Below, piece by piece: positions 20,296 to 29,700 of a stretch of DNA of 64,000 nt. The translations under genes were made by a program, and so were the position numbers. The stretch is from positions 1,984 to 65,983 of the forward strand of contig JAFRBB010000008.1 of assembly GCA_017405085.1 (NCBI GenBank), written 5' to 3'. Under the pieces are notes generated by a model that was not told where the DNA came from, ran no database searches, and saw only the letters and a list, made by a program, of their open reading frames with translations. The DNA comes from Eubacteriaceae bacterium. GTDB taxonomy: Bacteria; Bacillota; Clostridia; Eubacteriales; Eubacteriaceae. Positions within the stretch are counted from its first letter, which is position 1. Every line of letters starts with the position of its first letter.

Positions 20296-20542
20296 TGGTG
20301 GATACATTATAACTGATTTTGTGGAGAAGGGGTAGTATTTAAGGAAAAATTGTCGCTTTTCTTTAGAGATTATTCAACTAGATGATTGTGTCGCTCAAGT
20401 ACGTTATAAGGCTTTGTGAATGAATAGCAATGAATTGAAATGGACTTTATTTGGTTGAACTAGTGTTTACGGAAAAGAAATGAAGAGCGATAAATTATGG
20501 CACCCGCGCCGCGGCGCGTCGGATTCGAGAAGGGAGTTACTC

Positions 20543-23500
20543 ATGAAAAAGAAGATCACATCGGTTTTGATTATTTTGTTGTGCGTGTTGATGGCGGTGC
20601 CCTGGGGGGTGTTTGCTCAGGCGGTGAACGCGGAAAAGAGCGCGGAGAACACACAGCAGCAAGCCACCGCGCCGGCGCCAACCCCGACAACTGAGCAGCC
20701 GGCAGAGACGTCTGCCGAACCGCGGGATGAATCGGCAAGCACCTTGGCGGATTATCCTGCCGGGAGAGCGGTGCTACGTAACGGGGAATATTTGCATAGC
20801 GTTTTTAGACAATTAAGTGGAGATATGTCAGACGAACTATATTCAAACAGTACTATCAAAGCGATTTTGCGATCAAATAGTCCCGCACCGTCCAGTGTGT
20901 CAACCATAAATCTTTCTATTAGCGATGTGTCCGTCACGGCCTGGTGGAACGCTAGCAGTCAAACAATCTACTGGTATTCGGAAGATGCGAAACCGATGCT
21001 CAACGCAGATTCAAGAAACATGTTTCGTAAATTAGGCAGTGTTAAAAAGATAGATGTTTCACATTTTGACACCTCGAAAGTAAAAGATATGAGATATATG
21101 TTTTGGGATTGTTATAGCTTGACCGAACTTGACGTCTCAAGCATTGATACCTCGAACGTGACGGATATGGGCTATATGTTTTTCGAATGCCGTAGCTTAA
21201 CCGGTCTGAATCTATCAAGCTTTGACACATCGAACGTGACGAATATGAGCAGTATGTTTTCCGGTTGTTCAAAATTAACCTATCTGGATGTATCAAACTT
21301 TGACACATCAAAAGTGACTGATATGAATGGTATGTTTTCGGACTGTGAAAGCTTAACCAGCCTTGATTTATCTAATTTTGACACCTCAAAAGTGACAGAT
21401 ATGAACGGTATGTTTATGGAATGCGGGAGCTTAACCAGCCTTGATTTATCTAATTTTGACACATCGAAAGTGCTAGATATGGGTTGGATGTTTAGGGAGT
21501 CTGGACAATTAAAAACAATTTATGTTTCTGAAAGCTTCACAACTGTAGATGCTGAATATGCTGAATCCATTTACTATATGTTTGGTAGTTGTTATTCTTT
21601 AGTCGGCGGAAATGGCACCAAATACGATTCCAGCCATAAGGATGCGGAATACGCCCGCATCGACAAGCCCGGTCAGCCGGGATATTTCACGTATAAAAAA
21701 TCATCACTCATACCGAAACCCATCATACCAACTCCAACGCCGGTAACACCAACACCGGATCCGGAAATAGAACCCTTTAAATGGGGTGTGGATAATTTTA
21801 GTTTTGAAAATATATCTGAAAATTTTTATACAATTTTAGATTACACAATAGGAAAAATTACAGGTCGAAAATATAAAACATATCGAACGCTGATTAATGG
21901 TAAATATCAAAATGCTTTGAAAAGCAAACTATCTCCGAAAGAATATTCCCGTATACTTGGTGTTGATGTTAACTATGAGAGGCCGCTTTGGATTGACAAT
22001 AAAGGAGAAAAACATTATGAATCAGAGATTGACAAAGAATGGGGTGGTTCATGCCAGGGGATGTCCACTTTGGTGCTTTTAGGAAAAGCAGGAATGGTGC
22101 CTTATTCTGAGTATGGTGGCTCAAGCATCCATTCTCTGCCGATGCCTAAAGACAATGATGATCTCTGTTCGCTGATTAACTATTATCAATTAACGCAAAG
22201 TACAGATACACTTAGGCAATTAATCTTGGAGACATACAAGAAGACAGATAAACATAATATACAACAGATTTTAGTTGAATTAAAGAAAAATGGAACGGTG
22301 CTTGTTGGATATAATTATCCAGGAGAAGGGCATGCTGTGATTGCCTATGGTGAAGGGGACGGTAGGATAATAGACGGCAAAACCTATGATAAATCCATCA
22401 AGATATGCGATCCCAATGATACTACGGAAAATAGTAATAATTTTATCTATTATGACTCCAATACATATGATTGGATTATTCCTAAAAAAAATAAAAATAT
22501 TAAGTCTTCTGCAGGAGCGAAAATAAGTAATGTTCTATCAGATCCCATTATGGCGAATCATAGTGGTTATTTAAGTTTAAGCGTTAAAACAAACGTGGAT
22601 ACCGCGATGGACAATGGCGATATTTCGACATTAGAAAATAAGACTTATATCGCGAGATTGGAAATCTATCAAGGCAATGTCAGCGGCATCAAAAAAGTCA
22701 CCAAAGACATTAACGGCAATTATGTCGAAAAAGCCGATCAGGGTGACGGCAGCGACATTGTTAAAGAAACAATCTACTCAGGCGATCAAGACGCCAAAGG
22801 CACGCCCGGCTACACCTTAAGCGACGCCGAATCGGCCTATCAAGTCACTCAGGACACCGCCGGCCCCATGGAATTGGTCTTGGATTATGAAAACACCCTG
22901 TATCACGTTCGCGCGGAAAAAGCAAAATCCGTCATCTTCGATAAAAACGGCTTTGTCTCCGTGGATGCCGACAAAGGCAACTGCGCCGTGGAAATGACAA
23001 ACAACAACGACAACCCGACAGATTGGTTCACCAATTACGCCAAAACCACCGATGCGACCAAGCTATCCATGACCAAAACAAAAGAAGGTTATGAAGTGGC
23101 CTCCGACAACTTGAAAGACACCAAAGTCATGGCCGCCAATAAAGAAGAAACAAAAGAAGAAAATGTATCCACGCAGAAAGACAAAATGATCATCTGTGAA
23201 ACGAAAAAAGATCTGGATGTGAAAGTGGACAACACCGGCGATGGAAAATATGAAACATCCATCGTGGACAATGATAAACCCTCGGGCGATCAAGCCATCG
23301 CCTACCGCACCCACGTGCAAAATGTGGGCTGGCAACCCTATATGACCAACGGGACCATCGCGGGCACCAGCGGTTTCGGCTATCGTCTGGAAGCCATGAA
23401 CATTAATCTGCAGAATCAAAAATACACAGGAGACATCGAATACCGCACCCATATTGAAAACATCGGTTGGGAAAGCGAATGGAAAAAGAACGACGCCATG

Positions 23501-24259
23501 AGCGGCACCAGCAACAGAGGGCTTCGCCTGGAAGCCATGCAAGTTCGCCTGACCGGCGAAATGGCGGAAAAATATGATGTTTATTATCGGGTGCACGCGC
23601 AAAATATCGGCTGGCTCGGTTGGGCGAAAAACGGCGAAGAGTCCGGCACAGCGGGCTATGGCTATCGTCTGGAAGCCATGCAGATCATGTTGGTGGACAA
23701 AGGCGGGGCTGCGCCGACGATTGCCCCGACTTCGGCAACGGACAAACCCTTTGTGGAAAAATTTAAAGATAATGTGAAAACAGACAGCCTCGTCGCTTAT
23801 CAAAACCACGTGCAAAACGTGGGTTGGCAGAACTACGCGGTGGACGGCGGGGTTGCCGGCACCAGCGGCCTTGGTTATCGTTTGGAAGGCATGAAGATTT
23901 TTCTGAATAATCCGAAATACAAAGGGGATATTGAATACCGTACGCACATTGAGAACATCGGCTGGGAAAATGAATGGAAAAAGAATGACGCCATGAGCGG
24001 CACCAGCGGCCTCGGGTATCGTTTGGAAGCCATGCAGGTGCGCCTGACTGGTGAGATGGCGAGTCACTATGATGTGTATTATCGTGTTCACGCACAGAAT
24101 TTCGGCTGGCTTGGCTGGGCGAAAAACGGAGAAGAATCCGGCACAGAGGGCTATGGATACCGTCTGGAAGCCATGCAGATTGTGTTGGTGGATAAAGACC
24201 TCGCGGCACTGAATATTTTACTGGCAAATAATGAAAACAGTCCCTTTGTTCAGAAATAG
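20543..24259 (+). CDS. secreted modular surface protein: signal peptide, P/T linker, DUF285/BspA-type LRR array, Cys-His-Asp peptidase-like domain, 6 ChW repeats
   Basis: MKKKITSVLIILLCVLMAVPWGVFAQAVNA signal peptide after a GGGAG RBS. About six FDTSKVTDMxxMFxxCxSLTxLDLSN units are present. GGSCQGMS, GEGHAVIAYG and ICDPND motifs follow. Six YRTHVQNVGWQ...GTSG...RLEAM repeats (ChW, Pfam PF07538-like) end the protein. The ORF-track start at 20480 is an upstream extension. Confidence 0.9.
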   Translation: MKKKITSVLIILLCVLMAVPWGVFAQAVNAEKSAENTQQQATAPAPTPTTEQPAETSAEPRDESASTLADYPAGRAVLRNGEYLHSVFRQLSGDMSDELYSNSTIKAILRSNSPAPSSVSTINLSISDVSVTAWWNASSQTIYWYSEDAKPMLNADSRNMFRKLGSVKKIDVSHFDTSKVKDMRYMFWDCYSLTELDVSSIDTSNVTDMGYMFFECRSLTGLNLSSFDTSNVTNMSSMFSGCSKLTYLDVSNFDTSKVTDMNGMFSDCESLTSLDLSNFDTSKVTDMNGMFMECGSLTSLDLSNFDTSKVLDMGWMFRESGQLKTIYVSESFTTVDAEYAESIYYMFGSCYSLVGGNGTKYDSSHKDAEYARIDKPGQPGYFTYKKSSLIPKPIIPTPTPVTPTPDPEIEPFKWGVDNFSFENISENFYTILDYTIGKITGRKYKTYRTLINGKYQNALKSKLSPKEYSRILGVDVNYERPLWIDNKGEKHYESEIDKEWGGSCQGMSTLVLLGKAGMVPYSEYGGSSIHSLPMPKDNDDLCSLINYYQLTQSTDTLRQLILETYKKTDKHNIQQILVELKKNGTVLVGYNYPGEGHAVIAYGEGDGRIIDGKTYDKSIKICDPNDTTENSNNFIYYDSNTYDWIIPKKNKNIKSSAGAKISNVLSDPIMANHSGYLSLSVKTNVDTAMDNGDISTLENKTYIARLEIYQGNVSGIKKVTKDINGNYVEKADQGDGSDIVKETIYSGDQDAKGTPGYTLSDAESAYQVTQDTAGPMELVLDYENTLYHVRAEKAKSVIFDKNGFVSVDADKGNCAVEMTNNNDNPTDWFTNYAKTTDATKLSMTKTKEGYEVASDNLKDTKVMAANKEETKEENVSTQKDKMIICETKKDLDVKVDNTGDGKYETSIVDNDKPSGDQAIAYRTHVQNVGWQPYMTNGTIAGTSGFGYRLEAMNINLQNQKYTGDIEYRTHIENIGWESEWKKNDAMSGTSNRGLRLEAMQVRLTGEMAEKYDVYYRVHAQNIGWLGWAKNGEESGTAGYGYRLEAMQIMLVDKGGAAPTIAPTSATDKPFVEKFKDNVKTDSLVAYQNHVQNVGWQNYAVDGGVAGTSGLGYRLEGMKIFLNNPKYKGDIEYRTHIENIGWENEWKKNDAMSGTSGLGYRLEAMQVRLTGEMASHYDVYYRVHAQNFGWLGWAKNGEESGTEGYGYRLEAMQIVLVDKDLAALNILLANNENSPFVQK
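21275..21500 (+). repeat. in-frame tandem repeats of the LRR coding unit, including a perfect 35-bp duplicate spaced 78 bp apart
   Basis: AGCTTAACCAGCCTTGATTTATCTAATTTTGACAC occurs at 21350 and again at 21428. The flanking units are highly similar. Confidence 0.8.
23291..24195 (+). repeat. ChW x6 coding block, copy A of a near-identical dispersed direct repeat
   Basis: It aligns without gaps to 24608-25512 (offset 1317) and to 29379-30283 (offset 6088). A-C similarity extends upstream to 22646 and 28734. Confidence 0.9.
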
Positions 24260-24487
24260 GATGGTGAATAAAATAATTTCGAGCGCTCTGATGGTCACAC
24301 TTACCCCATTTGTATAAAAGCAACACAACGCAACAAAGACAATCGAAAATGAAAATGCAAATTTTCAGTGAAATCAAGAAACAAAAAAACCGGAGGTGCG
24401 CAAAAGAAAATATAAAAGCAACAAACCATCATTTTGAATTGACCTTTACTGCCCATGAGATTCAAATAATTAATGAAAGGAAAACAT

Positions 24488-26572
24488 ATGAAAACCAAAT
24501 CTAAAGTTTTATTGAGTTTGATTGTTCTGATGGCGATGATGATCTTTTCGGCACCGGCGATGGCGCAGAATGCGGAAGGCAACGGTACTGCCAATGCGAC
24601 AGATAATCAAGCCATTGCCTACCGCACCCATGTGGAAAATGTGGGCTGGCAACCCTATATGACCAATGGCACCATCGCGGGTACCAGCGGTTTCGGTTAT
24701 CGTCTGGAAGCCATGAACATTAATCTGCAGAATCAAAAATACACCGGCGACATTGAATACCGCACCCACATAGAAAATATCGGTTGGGAAAATGAATGGA
24801 AAAAGAATGACGCCATGAGCGGCACCAGCAACAGAGGGCTTCGCCTGGAAGCCATGCAGGTGCGTTTGACTGGAGAGATGGCGGAAAAATATGATGTGTA
24901 CTACCGTGTTCACGCGCAAAATATCGGCTGGCTCGGCTGGGCGAAAAACGGAGAAGAGTCCGGCACGGCGGGCTATGGCTATCGCCTGGAAGCCATGCAG
25001 ATCATGCTGGTGGATAAAGGCGGGGCTGCGCCGACGATTGCCCCGACCTCGGCAACGGACAAATCCTTTGTGGAAAAATTTAAAGATAACGTGAAAACGG
25101 ATAGCCTCGTCGCTTATCAAAACCACGTGCAAAATGTGGGCTGGCAGAATTACGCGGTGGACGGCGGCGTTGCCGGCACCAGCGGCCTGGGTTATCGTTT
25201 GGAAGGCATGAAGATCTTTCTGAATAATCCGAAATACAAAGGGGATATTGAATATCGTACGCACATTGAGAATATCGGCTGGGAAAATGAATGGAAAAAG
25301 AATAACGCCATGAGCGGCACTAGTGGGCTCGGGTATCGTCTGGAAGCCATGCAAATTCGTTTGACCGGTGAAATGGCGGAAAAATATGATGTGTATTACC
25401 GTGTGCACGCGCAGAATATTGGATGGCTCGGTTGGGCGAAAAACGGAGAAGAATCCGGCACGGCGGGCTATGGCTACCGTCTGGAAGCCATGCAGATTGT
25501 GTTGGTGGACAAAGGCGGCAAGGCGCCGAACATTTCGCCGGCGAGCAATGACAACAGAGCGTTTATTGATAAAAACGCGCAGCCTGTACAACCCGTCGAA
25601 CCGGATAAACCCACATCAGACAGAGCGGTGCTGGATACCGGGAAAAATGTAAACACCGCTATCAAACAACTTAGCGGACAGGATGTTAGACAAGATATTG
25701 AAGCATACTATTCAGCAAATAATACAATAAAAGCGATTTTACGTTCAAAAAGTCCGGCTCCGTCAAGTATGACAACAAAAAATCTTTCGACAACAAGTAT
25801 GTCGGTCACAGCTTGGTGGGATGCAAACAGTCAAACAATTTATTGGTATTCGGAAGATTCGAATCCGATGTTAAACGAAGATTCCAGTCATATGTTTGCT
25901 AGGTTACTTGTTGTGGAAAACATAGATTTATCATATTTTGATACATCAAAAGTAACAAATATGTGTGGTATGTTTAGCGGTGATATTATGAGCGTTAATA
26001 GATTAGCCAATCTGGACGTTTCACATTTTGACACATCCCAGGTGACGAATATGAATGCCATGTTTGCCGATTGTGGCTTAACCGATCTGGACTTATCAAA
26101 CTTTGATACATCGAAGGTGACGAATATGAGTCAGATGTTTTACGGCTGTAGTAGCTTAATCAATCTGGACTTATCAAACTTTGACACATCGAAGGTGACG
26201 AATATGGGAAGTATGTTTAGCGGCTGTAATAGTTTAACCAGTCTGAACATGACGAATTTTAACACATCGAACGTGACGGGTATGTCCAATATGTTTGCTT
26301 ACTGTAAAAATATGACTGCTCTGGATGTATCGAACTTTGACACATCAAAAGTGACAGAGATGGCTAATATGTTTTCTGATTGCAATAAGTTAAAAACGAT
26401 ATACGTTTCCGACAAATTTACAACCCAAAGTGTAAATTCAAATTGGTGGATGTTTAGTGGTTGTTACTCTTTAATCGGTGGCAACGGCACCCCATATGAC
26501 GATAATCATAGAGATAAGGAATACGCCCGCATCGACAAACCGGGTCAGCCGGGATATTTTACACAGAAATAA
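24488..26572 (+). CDS. secreted surface protein: signal peptide, 6 ChW repeats, linker, DUF285/BspA-type LRR array
   Basis: MKTKSKVLLSLIVLMAMMIFSAPAMA signal peptide. The ChW block is followed by AILRSKSPAPS..., about seven FDTSKVTNM... units and a ...YARIDKPGQPGYFTQK C-terminus. The start could instead be 24473. Confidence 0.9.
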   Translation: MKTKSKVLLSLIVLMAMMIFSAPAMAQNAEGNGTANATDNQAIAYRTHVENVGWQPYMTNGTIAGTSGFGYRLEAMNINLQNQKYTGDIEYRTHIENIGWENEWKKNDAMSGTSNRGLRLEAMQVRLTGEMAEKYDVYYRVHAQNIGWLGWAKNGEESGTAGYGYRLEAMQIMLVDKGGAAPTIAPTSATDKSFVEKFKDNVKTDSLVAYQNHVQNVGWQNYAVDGGVAGTSGLGYRLEGMKIFLNNPKYKGDIEYRTHIENIGWENEWKKNNAMSGTSGLGYRLEAMQIRLTGEMAEKYDVYYRVHAQNIGWLGWAKNGEESGTAGYGYRLEAMQIVLVDKGGKAPNISPASNDNRAFIDKNAQPVQPVEPDKPTSDRAVLDTGKNVNTAIKQLSGQDVRQDIEAYYSANNTIKAILRSKSPAPSSMTTKNLSTTSMSVTAWWDANSQTIYWYSEDSNPMLNEDSSHMFARLLVVENIDLSYFDTSKVTNMCGMFSGDIMSVNRLANLDVSHFDTSQVTNMNAMFADCGLTDLDLSNFDTSKVTNMSQMFYGCSSLINLDLSNFDTSKVTNMGSMFSGCNSLTSLNMTNFNTSNVTGMSNMFAYCKNMTALDVSNFDTSKVTEMANMFSDCNKLKTIYVSDKFTTQSVNSNWWMFSGCYSLIGGNGTPYDDNHRDKEYARIDKPGQPGYFTQK
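24608..25512 (+). repeat. ChW x6 coding block, copy B
   Basis: It matches copies A and C. B-C similarity continues to about 25640 and 30411. Confidence 0.9.
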
Positions 26573-26720
26573 CGGCTCGTAGTTAATAGGAAAAATATTT
26601 CGGGCGCTCACAAGAGCGCCCCGCATCCCCGTTCAATCGGGGATGAAAAGAAAAGGGAGAGCATAAAGTTTTTTACGGCACCGGCGCCGCGGCGCATTGG
26701 ATTCGAGAAGGGAGTTTCTC

Positions 26721-29700
26721 ATGAAAAAGAAGATTACATCGGTTTTGATTATTATGCTGTGCGTGTTGATGGCGGTGCCCTGGGGTGTGTTTGCCCAGGC
26801 GGTGAACGCGGAAAAGAGCGCGGAGAACACACAGCAGCAGACCACTGCGCCCGCGCCAACCCCGACGCCGGAGACCACCGTGCCCGCGGCGGAGCCGACA
26901 CCGGAAGAACCGACGGTGACGCCTTCACCGGAGCCCACTACGACTGCGCCAGAGCCGACGCCAAATCAACCGGCGGAGACACCTCAGGAATCTCAGGATG
27001 AATCGGTGAGCACCTTGGCGGATTATCCCGACGGGAGAGCGGTGTTGGATACCGGGGATAACGTAAACTACGCGATTAAGCAACTGACCGGACAGGATAT
27101 GAAAAGATACAGGGGGAACGAAACAATACAAGCGATTCTACGTTCAAACAGTCCGGCGCCGGCAGGTGTGACGACAAAAAACCTTTCCATCAGCCGTGTG
27201 CCGGTGATAGCTTGGTGGGACGCGCAAGCTAAAACAATTTACTGGTATTCGAAAGATTCGAAACCGATGCTAAACGCGGATTCCGTACGTATATTCAGCT
27301 ACTTTACGCAATTAACCAGACTGGATTTATCACACTTTGACACATCGAAGGTGACAGATATGGGCGCGATGTTCGCTTACTGTGGTAAGCTAACTAGCTT
27401 GGATGTAACGCGTTTTAACACGTCGAATGTGACTAGTATGGAAAGTATGTTTGCAAACTGTCATGCAACCAGTTTGGATTTATCACATTTTGACACCTCG
27501 AAGGTGACAGATATACGTAATATGTTTTGGGGTTGTTCCGGTTTAACAAGGCTTGATTTATCTCGGTTTAACACATCGAAAGTGACTAATATGAGTTATA
27601 TGTTTTACTGTTGTACAAGTTTAACCAGACTGGATATATCAAATTTCGATACATCAAAAGTGACTAATATGAGTTTTATGTTTCTCCATTGCAGAAGTTT
27701 AAAAACCATTTACGCGTCTGAAAAATTTAAAACTCTCAATGTAACAGAATCAGATAATATGTTTAATGACTGTATTGCTTTGATTGGTGGCAACGGTACA
27801 GGATACGACGCTAACCATACAGATATTGAATACGCTCGCATCGACAAGCCGGGTCAACCGGGATATTTCACGGAAAAAGAAGCCTTTGAATGGGGTGTGG
27901 ATAATTTTAACTTTACCAATGAACGTTTAAATTTTTATACACTTGGAGAATTATTTACACCCAATGTAAAAACATATAGAACACTGATCAATTCTAAGTA
28001 TGTTCATGCTTTAGGTGATAAATTAACTGCGAAAGAATTTGCGTACATTTTGAGTGGCTATAATCCAACCGGAGAACCGTTGTGGGCAGACAAAGAAGGC
28101 AATGAACATTATGAACCAAGGATTGACCAAAATTGGTTTGGGGCGTGTAATGGCATGTCTTCTTTGGTTCTTTTGGGAAAAGCGGGAATGGTGCCGTATT
28201 CAGAGTATGGCGGATCAAGCATTCATTCTCTTTCTAAACCTGTTGATAATGATGAACTCAGTTCTCTAATTACCTATTATCAATTATTACAGTTTAAAGA
28301 TTGGAATTGGCGATTGAGTAGTAGGACATTAAAGCAAACTCATGCGACTAACATACAGAATATCTTGAAAGGTTTGAAGAAAAAGGGAACTGTGCTTGTT
28401 GGTTATCAATCCTCGCATGGTGGACACGTCGTAATTGCGTATGGTGAAGGAGACGGCAGGACTATAAACGGAAGAATGTATGATAAATGTATCAAGATAT
28501 GTGATCCCAATGATACTTCGGAAAACAGTGATAACTTTCTGTATTATGATTCAAAAACATATGATTGGATTATTCCCAAAAATGAAAAGATTATTTCTGC
28601 GGAAGGAGCGAAAATAAATACTGTTTTATCAAATCCTGCTGATGTAAATCATGACGGATATTTGAGTACCAATATCAGAACATACTCGGACGATACAACT
28701 GATGATGATATTTCGCTATTAGAAGACGCACCATATATTGCGAGATTGGAAATCTATCAAGGTAATGTCAGTGGCATCAAAAAAGTCACTAAAGACGCGA
28801 ACGGCAATTATGTCGAAAAAGCCGAACAAGGTGACGGCAGCGATATTGTGAAAGAAACATTTTATTCAGGTGATCAGGATGACAAAGGCATACCCGGTTA
28901 CACCTTAAGCGACGCCGAATCGGCGTATAAAGTCACTCAGAATACTGCCGGTCCCATGGAATTAATCCTGGATTATGAAAACACCCTGTATCACGTTCGC
29001 GCGGAAAAGGCCAAATCTGTCATCTTCGATAAAAACGGTTTTGTCTCTGTGGATGCCGACAAAGGCAACTGCGCCGTTGAAATGACAAACAACAACGACA
29101 ATCCGACGGATTGGTTTACCAATTACGCCAAAACCACCGACGCCACCAAGCTCTCCATGACCAAGACAAACCAAGGTTATGAAGTGGCCTCCGACAACTT
29201 AAAAGACACCAAAGTCATGGCCGCCAATAAAGAAGAAACCAAAGAAGAAAAGGTATCAACGCAGAAAGACAAAATGATCATCTGCGAAACGAAAAAAGAT
29301 TTGGATGTGAAAGTGGACAACACCGGCGATGGAAAATATGAAACATCTATCGTGGACGAGGCTAAACCCTCGGACGAGCAAGCCATCGCCTACCGCACTC
29401 ATGTGCAAAATGTCGGATGGCAACCCTATATGACCAACGGAACTATCGCGGGTACCAGCGGTTTCGGTTATCGTCTGGAAGCCATGAACATTAATCTGCA
29501 GAATCAAAAATACACCGGCGACATTGAATACCGCACCCACATTGAAAACATCGGTTGGGAAAATGAATGGAAAAAGAATGACGCCATGAGCGGCACCAGC
29601 GGTCTCGGGTATCGTCTGGAAGCAATGCAGATCCGTTTGACTGGAGGGATGGCGGAAAAATATGATGTGTACTACCGGGTGCACGCGCAAAATATCGGCT

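Noticed and set aside
20480-20542. N-terminal extensions in the ORF track for several genes (20480, 26697, 24473, 5602, 13952, 17796, 16052, 60455, 42787)
   Set aside because: Internal starts are preceded by proper Shine-Dalgarno sequences and give canonical N-termini or signal peptides. The extensions overlap upstream genes, leaders or terminators.
21040-21530. A ~75-78-bp periodic repeat array (also 25910-26412, 27310-27715 and 30666-31470) as a possible CRISPR or satellite
   Set aside because: The periodicity is in-frame LRR coding sequence inside long ORFs. There is no repeat-spacer structure, and no cas genes are present.
23063-24091. Very long antisense ORFs across the ChW regions (23063-24091, 24509-25591, 29256-30362 and 49546-49761, all minus strand)
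   Set aside because: They lie exactly opposite sense frames with strong, repeated ChW protein signatures, signal peptides and RBSs. The antisense frames stay open only because of the repetitive codon composition. They have no RBS and no recognisable motifs.
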